A DNA stretch of 64,000 nt, taken from positions 1-64,000 of the IMG/VR virus record IMGVR_UViG_3300035698_004085. The stretch is one strand, 5' to 3'. A model generated the notes under the pieces. The model had not been told where the DNA came from. It was given only the letters and a program-made list of their open reading frames with translations, and searched no databases. The position numbers and the translations under genes were made by a program. Each line of letters begins with the position of its first letter. The first letter of the stretch is position 1. This document shows positions 18,341 to 27,873 of the stretch, one piece after another. Source of the stretch: a virus.

Positions 18341-19381
18341 ATGACTGGATGCATTTTAGATAATAGAGATGGGTGCAAAGGTCTTGGAGGATCTGCTGTA
18401 GGCTATTGGGGAAGGGATATTTATAAAAGGATTGGTCAAGAGCAAGAGTATGCTAGACAACGTGTTTTACTTCAAGATCAAATAAATGCTGGTGGAATTA
18501 GGGCTGATTTATGGGTGGGCGTAACGTCTGGCGAGAAGTGTGCATGCTATAAAGAGAGTAATCAACAAGCTGATAGAAAATGCAAGTCTTGTTATGGAGT
18601 GAGAGACGGATATGTTCCTGGGTATAAGAAGTTTGGATTTGAGACTTTATATATGACTAGTGTGGATGCTGATGTTACTTTAACAAATGTAGAGATAACA
18701 ACAGTGTTTAAATCTTCGAAAGTGCAGTTATCGAGTACTGCGACTTCAGGCACTATAGAATCTGGAGATAAGTCTTTTACGAGATCTGCTATTGGCTCTA
18801 CTTGGGAATATGAGGAAGTGTCATTTGTTAGGCTTGAGGAGTCTTCTGAGGTTACGGTTGAGTATTCAATAGATTCTGGAAGCACTTGGTCAGCGATTGC
18901 TCAATTGGTTACAGCTAATCCGTCATCGGGCGTTATAAGGTTTAGAGCAACTTTGACCAGAGACACTACAAGCATCATTAGTCCGCTGTTTGAGGTTGTT
19001 AGGGCGAGGTACTCAACGATTGATTTAGGAGGGCTTAGAGGCGACGGTAGCTACTCTACGGGACCTTGGATTAGGATCATGAGTAGCAAGCCTAGTAGGT
19101 CTTATACAAAGAGTCAATACGGTGATGCTCCTTCAGCGCATTCAATGAATTTTTGGATGAGTGGCTTATCAATGTTTGATAGCTCTATTGAGGTTGGAAG
19201 TCCTGAAGAGCTTTTAGAGGGTCCAGATGTTGTTATTAAGTTGTTAGATGGTGCTTTGCAAGGTAAGAGATACGTATTGTCGGACTGGGCAGCATCAGAT
19301 CCAGGTGGTTATGTTCTAATAACTCAATCGTTTAATTTACGTACAGAGGACCCAGCGGCACCTCGTTCTCTAATATTTTAA
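18341..19381 (+). CDS. Probable neck/head-closure protein
   Basis: CAC...CKSCYG...GY motif of large-myovirus neck proteins; inserted SIDSGSTW beta domain. Confidence 0.5.
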   Translation: MTGCILDNRDGCKGLGGSAVGYWGRDIYKRIGQEQEYARQRVLLQDQINAGGIRADLWVGVTSGEKCACYKESNQQADRKCKSCYGVRDGYVPGYKKFGFETLYMTSVDADVTLTNVEITTVFKSSKVQLSSTATSGTIESGDKSFTRSAIGSTWEYEEVSFVRLEESSEVTVEYSIDSGSTWSAIAQLVTANPSSGVIRFRATLTRDTTSIISPLFEVVRARYSTIDLGGLRGDGSYSTGPWIRIMSSKPSRSYTKSQYGDAPSAHSMNFWMSGLSMFDSSIEVGSPEELLEGPDVVIKLLDGALQGKRYVLSDWAASDPGGYVLITQSFNLRTEDPAAPRSLIF

Positions 19382-19389
19382 GGTAGAAA

Positions 19390-20562
19390 ATGTCAGCAGT
19401 AGAAGACAGTTCAGAGAGAGGTTATGTAGCGACTGAGCCTTTTGACTCTAATGACCCTCCAAGGTTTGGTAGGTTAACGGAGACGGCTAAGGACGCTATT
19501 GCTTCAGAGTTGCAACAGTTTTTTAATTATAAGACATCTGACGCTACTTCCAAGATTACTGAGCTTCCTAATATTATGAAGTATTCGTTTAGCACAAATA
19601 CGAATGACCAGAGCTTAGAGACAACTGTAAACCTCATCATGGCTTACGCGGACACAGTAGACCGGTTCCCGATGGTTTCGATAACTTCGGCAAATCTTCG
19701 TGAGAAGAAGATGAATCTTGGTTCTAACTTTGTTGCCCAGGTTCAATATCTTCCTTCAATAACAGGAACTGAAAATGGCACTTATAATTTTAGTTATGAT
19801 GTTGATGAGGAAGATCCCCTGTATTTAGAGATAACGACTTGGCCAAAAGGGACTGAAGCTTTGGCCAAGGTTTCTACAATAACGTTTGCTTCTTCTATAT
19901 TTAGTGACATAAGCAATATAACTGCTGTAGATATTGCAAGGGTTGTTAATAAGACGCAGGCGTTGTATTATAATTGTTCAGCTACGACTATTGGATGTTT
20001 AATGATTGAGGCTGGCGGAATTGCTGCTAAGCCTGACACAAATTATATTGAGGTAACGGATGGGTCTGCTGCGGTTTTGTCTCAATTAGGATTTGCTGTA
20101 GGAGATTCTAGTTCGTTTGCAGACACTGAGAATCCTCCTCGAAATCGTTATGGCGTAGCTGCGGATATGACGATTAATGTGGATGTTGTGAGTGACGATA
20201 TAAATACTAGGACAGAGCTTCAAGATCTTGTTTTCGACTTTTTTGCATTTTATTTAGAGAAGAGAAGATTTCAGTTGTTTGGTCAGAGTTATTTTGAGAG
20301 AGGATTAGATCCGGAGCAGTGGTTTCATGTTAGTATAAATAATCAGTTTTCGTGGTCTTCTGAGGTTACGACTCCTAGAACAGGTTCTGCCAATTATGAT
20401 CAAATTTATGCTGTTAGGGGATCAATTCCAATTTTTATAGAAGATTTCCTTGATAGAAGACTTACTGGTACGTTCTTAGACGGCGATGATGTTTCATTGG
20501 ATGGAAATATGAATCCAGACGGATTAGTTCCTGATGGGGATTATCCTGGGGATATTGATTAA
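19390..20562 (+). CDS. Probable tail terminator/completion protein
   Basis: Directly before the sheath; RFPMVSI and INVDVVSDD..TR.EL.D motifs. Confidence 0.5.
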   Translation: MSAVEDSSERGYVATEPFDSNDPPRFGRLTETAKDAIASELQQFFNYKTSDATSKITELPNIMKYSFSTNTNDQSLETTVNLIMAYADTVDRFPMVSITSANLREKKMNLGSNFVAQVQYLPSITGTENGTYNFSYDVDEEDPLYLEITTWPKGTEALAKVSTITFASSIFSDISNITAVDIARVVNKTQALYYNCSATTIGCLMIEAGGIAAKPDTNYIEVTDGSAAVLSQLGFAVGDSSSFADTENPPRNRYGVAADMTINVDVVSDDINTRTELQDLVFDFFAFYLEKRRFQLFGQSYFERGLDPEQWFHVSINNQFSWSSEVTTPRTGSANYDQIYAVRGSIPIFIEDFLDRRLTGTFLDGDDVSLDGNMNPDGLVPDGDYPGDID

Positions 20563-20594
20563 GGTTATGTCTAATGGCGTTTCAGGTTTGGTTC

Positions 20595-20625
20595 TTTAAA
20601 TTTCCTACTCATTTTAGTCTATAAT
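20595..20625 (+). promoter_or_regulatory. Phage-specific promoter motif, copy 4 (TTTAAA-N3-CCTAC-N11-TATAAT)
   Basis: Intergenic, upstream of the tail sheath gene. Confidence 0.75.
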
Positions 20626-20664
20626 ATAAATTAGTTATTCTGAATCTTAACGAAGGAGAGTATA

Positions 20665-23154
20665 ATGCCTCTTGGAATTACTGAATATGTGCCACCGGGC
20701 ACCTACGTTAAACAAAATTTACAGCCGGGTTCAGTTTCTGTCTCTTCAGAACGTATTTTAGGCATTGTTGCAACTGCTCCAAGATCTCGTAGGTCTTCAG
20801 ACGAGGCGGTTACTCGTGGTAAAATATATGATGAGACGCTTACCCTAGCTGTTTCTACTCCTTATATTGCTACATTATCTGTTCCTAGTAATAGGGATCG
20901 TAATAGTGCAATTCTTTATCGTAATGATAATGCAATGGCTCTTGGAAATTGGAGTTTTAATTCTGCTGCTTTGATTGGTGATGCTTGGGCTGGAGCGGAT
21001 ATTGATGTTTCTTCAGGTACGGGAACCGCTCAATACCTTACTGTTTCTTTGGACGGTATTGTTCCTGTAACTATTGACTTGGATGCTGCGGTAACTGCGG
21101 TTGGTGGTACTACTAATGCGGCGACTGGTTTAATTATTGCTGCAGCTATCAACTATGACTTAGGAGATGCTGCTGGCGATCATTATGCTACTTACGGAGC
21201 TGCTTATGCGGCTGTAGCTTCTAGTGCCGTTCCGCTTACTCCAACTATTACGATTACTTCTCCTTTGACGACTTCTGCTTCTGACGTTAAAGTATTCCTC
21301 TCTGAATTGACTGCCAAGGACGGGGCTTCGGAGGTATCTAATACTGGGTGGGCACCTACTGCTGGCGTAGGAGTTCAGGCTGATACTATAGTGACTGTTG
21401 TGGATGCTTATTACGGCTCTACTGATACTTACACTATTGAGTACGTTTCAATCGAAAATATGGTTGATGCTCTTCTTTTGGCTGACTCAACTGATCCTCT
21501 TATCAGCTTAATTAGGGCTGGTTCTTTCCCCGGCTCAGAGTCTTATCTTCTGAATACCGATTTTGAGAAGACTAGTAATACTGTTGATTGGGCTACTTCT
21601 TCTTGGGCGCAAGCGATTGTTACGAGCGTTGATGGAACGTTTGCAATTGTTGTTTCTGTTAATGACGAAGTTAGATTAGGCATTAATGGCTTAGACCCAA
21701 TTACTGTTTCAATAGCTGCAAGTGCAACTCAATCTGCTGCTGTTATTGCTGCGGCTATTAATGCAGCTTTAGCTGCGAGTGTTCTTTACGGTCCTGCTTA
21801 TGCTCATGTTGCTACTGTTGATGGGTTGACTGTTGTGCTAACTGCTCCAAGTGCTTTTGCTAATTATCCTACTGCAAGGGGTTATTCAAGCACTGTTGAG
21901 CTGTTTACTTCTACTGATACTGCGGTTACTACTATTTTTGGTATTGCTTCTGGATCACTTCCTTATGAAGCGCGTGGTACTGGCGAGCGTCCTGCCTTTG
22001 GATCTGTGTATTACTCTACTTATGATTATACTAGACCAGATGCTGATTATCTATTGCCTACTAGGGTTTATACTTTGGAGCAATTGTCTGACTTTACTTC
22101 ACCTCCTACTATTGAGAATTATACGGTGAATCGTCTTTACATTGCTGGTGACATTGCTTTCGAGAATGGTGCTCCTTCTCTCTGGGTAGTTCCGATTGAT
22201 GACTCTACTGTTTCTGGCACGCCTACTCCAACTCAGGTTAACTCTGCGATTGATGTTTGTGAAGAGAAGTCTGGTATTACCGATATAGTGGTTATTGACA
22301 CTGCAGTTGCTCAGCATGTTCACCTAATGAATCACGTAGCTAATATGAGTTCTCTAATTAATAAGAAGTATCGGCGCGGTTGGTTTGGAATGGCTCGAAG
22401 CACTTCAGTTGGAGATCCTGATACGCCTGATACGTTTGTTTACCGGTCACAGAGGACTCTCCAGCCTGGGAATACTTCTCCAGGGCGTGGACGGCTAATC
22501 CTTTGTGCTCCTTCTGAGGCTTCTAGGGTTCTTACTTTGGATGATAAGTCTGAAGTAACCTTAGAGCTAGACGGTTCTTATATTGCGGTTGCTGACGCTT
22601 CTGTGATGACCGCTTTACCAAGTCCGTCTGACGCACTGTTGGGTAAGCAAATTGTAGGATTCTTAACCGATGATACTTTTGAGACTTACCTAACGGGTGA
22701 GAATAAGACTCTTGCCTCAAACGGCGTTAATGTAAATACGTTGGATGCTGGTTTGATTAAGATGACTGATCCTCTGACTACTGAGTCTGCTGGTTCAGTT
22801 GAGTTCCAAGAGCCTTCTTCATCTGCTCAAAAAGATGTTGTTACTCGTTCAATCGAGACTTTGGTTGATGGAAATCTTAAGGGTATTGTTCCTGACGACT
22901 TGGCTGACTTCATTGTTGATATTAAAACTTGGGTATCCTTGGGTATTAAAGCTAATATTAACTCTGGCGTTATTGCTCCATATAGAACTTCTACGGGCGC
23001 ATCTAGAGATATTAATCTAATGACTGACATAGATGCTTATCAGGATGAGGATGACCCTCGGTCATTCGTGTTCAAATATTGGTACAACCTGAAATACGTA
23101 GCTAAGAGATTCTTTGGTGAATACAGTGTGGATAATCCGTTCTTCGCGGGTTAA
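20665..23154 (+). CDS. Contractile tail sheath protein
   Basis: N-terminal YVPPGTYV, AFENGA, HVANMSS...R, DPLTT and DPRSFVFKYWY motifs; followed by tube genes. Confidence 0.85.
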   Translation: MPLGITEYVPPGTYVKQNLQPGSVSVSSERILGIVATAPRSRRSSDEAVTRGKIYDETLTLAVSTPYIATLSVPSNRDRNSAILYRNDNAMALGNWSFNSAALIGDAWAGADIDVSSGTGTAQYLTVSLDGIVPVTIDLDAAVTAVGGTTNAATGLIIAAAINYDLGDAAGDHYATYGAAYAAVASSAVPLTPTITITSPLTTSASDVKVFLSELTAKDGASEVSNTGWAPTAGVGVQADTIVTVVDAYYGSTDTYTIEYVSIENMVDALLLADSTDPLISLIRAGSFPGSESYLLNTDFEKTSNTVDWATSSWAQAIVTSVDGTFAIVVSVNDEVRLGINGLDPITVSIAASATQSAAVIAAAINAALAASVLYGPAYAHVATVDGLTVVLTAPSAFANYPTARGYSSTVELFTSTDTAVTTIFGIASGSLPYEARGTGERPAFGSVYYSTYDYTRPDADYLLPTRVYTLEQLSDFTSPPTIENYTVNRLYIAGDIAFENGAPSLWVVPIDDSTVSGTPTPTQVNSAIDVCEEKSGITDIVVIDTAVAQHVHLMNHVANMSSLINKKYRRGWFGMARSTSVGDPDTPDTFVYRSQRTLQPGNTSPGRGRLILCAPSEASRVLTLDDKSEVTLELDGSYIAVADASVMTALPSPSDALLGKQIVGFLTDDTFETYLTGENKTLASNGVNVNTLDAGLIKMTDPLTTESAGSVEFQEPSSSAQKDVVTRSIETLVDGNLKGIVPDDLADFIVDIKTWVSLGIKANINSGVIAPYRTSTGASRDINLMTDIDAYQDEDDPRSFVFKYWYNLKYVAKRFFGEYSVDNPFFAG

Positions 23155-23175
23155 TTCACAGTTAAGGAGAACTAA

Positions 23176-23625
23176 ATGACTGTTCCTAATACTTCAACCC
23201 GGATGGACCATGCGATCTCTATTAGGGTTGATGGTACCACTATTGGTCAGATACAAGACTGGACTCCGCAGCAGAACCGTACTGTTACGCCTGTTTACGA
23301 GTTAAAGTCAGCCACTTCAGGAGAGCCTATTGAGAATGCTCCTGGAAATCTTGGTGGGCTAACTATCGGTATTACTCGATATGACCTATACAATAAAAAG
23401 ATGGAGCAGGTTTGGGGATCTAGCTTTACTATGCAGATGCTAAGTGATCAAACTTCTGCTCTTCAAATTCAAGAGAAGTGGTCTAATCCTACGGGAACCG
23501 CTGAGACTTGGGTTTATACAGGTTGTTGGTTTACTTCATTGGGTAGAAATCATTCGGCTAATGGAGATCGTATTACTAAGGTTAATGCTTCTCTTATGTA
23601 TGTCAAGAAGTATCAAGTAACTTAG
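23176..23625 (+). CDS. Tail tube protein
   Basis: 149 aa; IGQIQ.W...R....YEL and YTGCWFTS motifs; strong SD; after the sheath. Confidence 0.8.
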   Translation: MTVPNTSTRMDHAISIRVDGTTIGQIQDWTPQQNRTVTPVYELKSATSGEPIENAPGNLGGLTIGITRYDLYNKKMEQVWGSSFTMQMLSDQTSALQIQEKWSNPTGTAETWVYTGCWFTSLGRNHSANGDRITKVNASLMYVKKYQVT

Positions 23626-23653
23626 CATTTATCGGTTTTAAAAAGGATTATTA

Positions 23654-24244
23654 ATGGGCGTTCAGTCTGACTTTAAAAAAGCATATAATGAAGTTTTTGA
23701 CTGGACTCTTCCTAATAATAAGTATAAGGGTCCTGAGACTTCGGTTAGAATGGACCATGCTGTGTCTATTCGGTCTTCAGGTGCTACTATTGGAATGATT
23801 CAGGAGTGGTCACCTCAACAAAGTAGAAACGTTACTCCTATTTATGAGATTAACGCAGCTGCTTTAGGCAAACCTTCTGAGAGTATTCCTTCTATTTTAA
23901 CTGGTTTATCCATTAGTATTTCTAGATATGACTTATACGCTTCTAGGATGGAGAATGTTTGGGGAGCTGGATTAACGGTACAAGTGCTTACTGACCAGAC
24001 TAACCCATTTACTATTAATGAGCGCTGGGATAATCCGAATGGTTCAGTTGAGATGTGGACTTATACAGGTTGCTGGTTTACTTCTGTAGGTCGAACGCAT
24101 AGTGCTAATGGAGATCGTATTACAAAGGTTAATGCGAGTTTAATGTATACGGATAAGCACCAGATTTCTAGCAGTAAGATTGCTAGTCAAGAGCAGGCTG
24201 CGTGGGCAGCTAATAAGATTACTAATGAGGTTGCTAGCTGGTAA
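23654..24244 (+). CDS. Second tail tube paralog
   Basis: Closely similar to the preceding gene (RMDHA.SIR, YTGCWFTS.GR.HSANGDRITKVNASLMY) with N- and C-terminal extensions. Confidence 0.8.
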   Translation: MGVQSDFKKAYNEVFDWTLPNNKYKGPETSVRMDHAVSIRSSGATIGMIQEWSPQQSRNVTPIYEINAAALGKPSESIPSILTGLSISISRYDLYASRMENVWGAGLTVQVLTDQTNPFTINERWDNPNGSVEMWTYTGCWFTSVGRTHSANGDRITKVNASLMYTDKHQISSSKIASQEQAAWAANKITNEVASW

Positions 24245-24357
24245 TTGCTTTTTAGTTATATTTAGTAAGTTATAGTATATGGTAACCCCGCTACGGTGGG
24301 AGAGATAAAAACATAGACCCCTTTTATTATTTTTATAAAGGGAGAAAGGACATTATT

Positions 24358-24846
24358 GTGTCTAAGGAAACTAAATTCGATATTTTAGCAGATCTCCAAA
24401 CAGAGTTAAGTGGTCAATTTCTTCAAGATGATTTTGAAGTTCAAGGACGGACTTTTACTATGCGTCTTCTGAATGAGGAGGAAAATGCGTGGACTTATAG
24501 CGGTTTGCTTGCTGGAGGAGACAGCACAATCTCTTTAGCAATGTCTGCCCGTATTGCAAACTTGGCAATCGGCATTCGATCTATTAATGATGCGACTATT
24601 GGTGAGATGTTTGAATCCAAGTTTAATGATCTTCCTGAGTCTGAGCAGAGAGAACTAGCTGCAAATAAGCCTATTCACTTTGCTTATGCTGGGCTATTTT
24701 TAAGATGGCTTGCAGTGCAGCCTCCTGAGTTTATCACTGAGTTGGTTGATAAATGGCAGGAATTGGAATCACGTAAAAAAGACGCAATGGGTGAAATAAA
24801 AAACTCATCAGGGGAGAGTTCGGACTCGGAAGAGAAGAAGAGCTAG
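24358..24846 (+). CDS. Tail assembly chaperone (G-like)
   Basis: Between tubes and tape measure; slippery site near its 3' end. Confidence 0.75.
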   Translation: MSKETKFDILADLQTELSGQFLQDDFEVQGRTFTMRLLNEEENAWTYSGLLAGGDSTISLAMSARIANLAIGIRSINDATIGEMFESKFNDLPESEQRELAANKPIHFAYAGLFLRWLAVQPPEFITELVDKWQELESRKKDAMGEIKNSSGESSDSEEKKS

Positions 24847-24860
24847 ATAAAGCTCTCCCC
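24798..24860 (+). promoter_or_regulatory. Programmed -1 ribosomal frameshift signal
   Basis: A AAA AAC heptamer (24798-24804), 6 nt spacer, stem GGGGAGAG (24811-18) / CTCTCCCC (24853-60); the -1 frame is open into the 24906..25532 ORF. Confidence 0.85.
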
Positions 24861-25532
24861 TTTTGGCGATCTATTGCGTCAAAGCTGAGGATTAAGTCTG
24901 AGGTTTTGGCTAAGAAGAATGTGTTGATGAGTGACCCGTCTGTACAGTTAATGACGGATACTCAATGGCTCTTTGAATTAGAAAGTTTGTCTTTGCAGAC
25001 TGAGCGTAAGTATGAAGAGATTGGATCTTTTACTAAGTTAGTTCAGGATGGGTTGATTAACTTATTGGGTCTTAACCTTATGCCGGTACCTGAGGTTATC
25101 CCTGAGGAAGAAGGCGGTGGGTTGGACGAAGAGGGTGAGCCAATAACTAGGTTACGAAGAGCTGAAGAGGGTGAGATAGTACCTCTTGCGATGTTGATAG
25201 GCAGTCCTGAGGTTATATCAGAGGTGGTTAAGCAGAATCAGGAACTGTATAGTCAATTGGAGTTAGACGAGAAGGAGGAGCAAGGAGAGATCGTTCATAG
25301 GACGCCTGAAGAACTTGATGAGTTTTTTGAGGATGATATTGAGTTTCCTGATAATCCTGAAGACTTTAGAAAGAGTCTTATTTGGAATTCTGAGGAGACG
25401 CAGAATACTCTTAAACATCTTGTTAAGCCTCTGGAGAAAGAGCCTTTGGAGAAAGAGCCTGAAGAGGGTGCTGTTGTTCTTCAAAGCCCTAGAAAGCGTT
25501 CACGAGTGACGATAGATCATGCCAGCCGATAA
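24804..25532 (+). CDS. Tail assembly chaperone frameshift extension (T-like; G-T fusion about 390 aa)
   Basis: The -1 frame reads LIRGEFGLGREEELDKALPFWRS... without a stop into the annotated TTG-start ORF. Confidence 0.75.
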   Translation, partial: LIRGEFGLGREEELDKALPFWRSIASKLRIKSEVLAKKNVLMSDPSVQLMTDTQWLFELESLSLQTERKYEEIGSFTKLVQDGLINLLGLNLMPVPEVIPEEEGGGLDEEGEPITRLRRAEEGEIVPLAMLIGSPEVISEVVKQNQELYSQLELDEKEEQGEIVHRTPEELDEFFEDDIEFPDNPEDFRKSLIWNSEETQNTLKHLVKPLEKEPLEKEPEEGAVVLQSPRKRSRVTIDHASR

Positions 25533-27873
25533 TTACATACTCAGTTTTGATTTTGCTGAGATTACTCGCCAAATTTCTAATTTGCAGCAGTCTTATGTTG
25601 ACTTAGCTAAGACACAAGCAGATCATGCTTCAAAATCCCGCCAAGAGCTAGACTTAATCGAAGAGCAAGTTTCTCGCATTACTTCGTCTTTGGACAATTC
25701 CTTTCAAAATCTGGATAAGTATTATACCGGTCTTTTTGGAAAACTAGAAACAACGATTGACTATTTTAAAAACTTAGAAACGTATTCAAAAAACGTTACT
25801 GAGAATTTAAAGAGTCTGAATAATGTTGATCTAGCTAACTTGGGTAAGTCTGGCGGAGAGACTATAAGTGAGAGGCTTGCTGAGGTTTCCCCAGGTGAGG
25901 GTCCTGGCGATTTTATGTCGATGGACATGTCTATAAGAGCTGGTTCTGCTGATGCGGCTGAGGGTGCACTAGCTAAAGCTGAGGCTGCTATTAAGGCTGC
26001 GAAAGAGGCTGTTATTGAAGCGAATAAAGCCAAGGGAATAATGGCTAAGACTTCTGAGGCGATGTCCAAGAAAATTCAGCAGGAGTTAAAAAACGCTAAA
26101 CGAAAAGTAGGAGGTATGTTTTCGGGAGCTACTGGTGGAGCTTTAGCTGGCGGCGGTATGGCGGGTATGATTGGCTTGATTCTATTAGGAACGCAGGAAA
26201 GCCAACGTAAGGGGGCAGAAGCCTCTGAGATGTTCAACGTTCTAGCTGCTGGAGGAGATGTTTTTGACAAGGAGACTAAGAGGGCTTCTAAGTGGTTTGC
26301 TAGGTTTGGGGAACATGCTCAAGCGAAGATGGGGATCGGGCGTAAGGCAATTCAAGGGTTGAATAAGCAGCTTATTGATATTGGTCTTAAGGGAAAAGAT
26401 TTATTAAAAGACTACGGAAAAGAGGTTGATGACGTTAGTGCGAGCGTGACATCAACCACGTTGGCTCTGGACCTTATGTTCCAAAAAGGAATAGGGTCTT
26501 CGATGACGGACGTTACTACTCTTGTAAAAGATTATGGAGACGAGTTAGGTGAAGCTACTGAGAAGTACAAAAGGTTAAATTTTGAAGCTCAGAGATCTGA
26601 AATAGGGGTTGGTAGATTTGTTGGAGCGGTAATGGAAGGTACGGCTGCTCTTTCTCAATACGGCATTGAGATGGAAGATACTACTGAAGTTATGCGGACA
26701 ATGGTTGGTTACTATAAGGAGATGGGTTTAGACAAGGAAGTAGCCGGTACGTTTGCGGGTGAGGCGACTAAAGGGTTGATGCAAGGGGTTGGAAATATGT
26801 CTTTTGGCATGACGGCTCAAATTGCTCAGACTATGAGGCAAGACCAAGGGTTGCCGGTGATGGATGCTCTGGGAGCTAGGCAGTGGTTTAAAGAGGGAGC
26901 ACAGCGTGTTTCTGAAGGTGAGGATACAGGGTTTAGCGTAAGAGCTATTAAGGCAATTCATAAGTTTATTACTAATCGCGTAGGGGGCGGTAGACCTGCT
27001 CAAATTATGTTTGCTGAGCAAGAGATGGGAATGGAGAATGCTCCAGCTGCGGCGTTTATTGATAGGGCTGGGAAGTTGGCGGCGGGCGTAAAGATAGACG
27101 AGTTAACCCCTGAGGAACAGAAGGCTCATAAGAAACAGTTCGAGAGACAGAGTGATACGCTTACTGATCTTCAAAAGAATCAATATGACTTAATCCAGAG
27201 TTTGGCTAAGATAGGTTCTGGTCTTATAAAGATTTTAACTAGTATTTTAGGAGTTCTTATTGCTGGTATTCAAGGGTTGCCTATTCTTATTACTGCTGCT
27301 ATTAAGATGCTTACCGGAGATGCTGAAGAAAAGCAAGCTGGAAGAGATGAGATAAAGCTGTATAAAGCTGTTATGGAGGCACAGGTTGATACTTTTACGT
27401 CTGGAGCTAGTGATATATGGGAAGGAACAAAGGGGGCAGGTGGAGTACTCATGGATGCTTTTTCTGGGGTTCCTAGCTTGAAAAAAGCTATGGATATGAA
27501 AAGTTCATGGGGGGATATGGGCAATCTTATTGCGGATAAGGTAGAAGCGGGATTAGCTCCAGTGAAACAGGGGCTTATTGACGTGCAGATGTCTTTAGCT
27601 AATTTTATTGGGCTTAGCGATGACGCTAAACACAGGATACGAACGGATAACATAGATCGAGGTCCTGTTGGATCGCTGCATCCTAGTTTTCAAAAGACTA
27701 TGGACGCTCACGGGTTAAGTCTTGGTAGCTCTGGCAAGCCTAAATCCTCTAACCGGAGTTCTTCAGCTGGGGATGCAGCTCCTAGACATACTTTTTTGCC
27801 AGCTAAAACAGAGATACCTGCTGAGCATATAAATAAAGTTGTATCTATTTTAAAAGAGAAGACGCTTAAATAA
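25519..27873 (+). CDS. Tape measure protein 1
   Basis: 784 aa helical A/G/K-rich protein with hydrophobic stretches, directly after the chaperone. Confidence 0.7.
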   Translation: MPADNYILSFDFAEITRQISNLQQSYVDLAKTQADHASKSRQELDLIEEQVSRITSSLDNSFQNLDKYYTGLFGKLETTIDYFKNLETYSKNVTENLKSLNNVDLANLGKSGGETISERLAEVSPGEGPGDFMSMDMSIRAGSADAAEGALAKAEAAIKAAKEAVIEANKAKGIMAKTSEAMSKKIQQELKNAKRKVGGMFSGATGGALAGGGMAGMIGLILLGTQESQRKGAEASEMFNVLAAGGDVFDKETKRASKWFARFGEHAQAKMGIGRKAIQGLNKQLIDIGLKGKDLLKDYGKEVDDVSASVTSTTLALDLMFQKGIGSSMTDVTTLVKDYGDELGEATEKYKRLNFEAQRSEIGVGRFVGAVMEGTAALSQYGIEMEDTTEVMRTMVGYYKEMGLDKEVAGTFAGEATKGLMQGVGNMSFGMTAQIAQTMRQDQGLPVMDALGARQWFKEGAQRVSEGEDTGFSVRAIKAIHKFITNRVGGGRPAQIMFAEQEMGMENAPAAAFIDRAGKLAAGVKIDELTPEEQKAHKKQFERQSDTLTDLQKNQYDLIQSLAKIGSGLIKILTSILGVLIAGIQGLPILITAAIKMLTGDAEEKQAGRDEIKLYKAVMEAQVDTFTSGASDIWEGTKGAGGVLMDAFSGVPSLKKAMDMKSSWGDMGNLIADKVEAGLAPVKQGLIDVQMSLANFIGLSDDAKHRIRTDNIDRGPVGSLHPSFQKTMDAHGLSLGSSGKPKSSNRSSSAGDAAPRHTFLPAKTEIPAEHINKVVSILKEKTLK

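Noticed and set aside
24276-24357. Known riboswitch (preQ1, SAM, c-di-GMP) in the chaperone leader
   Set aside because: Hairpins are present but no ligand-binding consensus could be matched by eye.
24906-25532. Independent gene starting at TTG 24906
   Set aside because: The frame is open back to the slippery site at 24798-24804 and is better explained as the frameshift extension.
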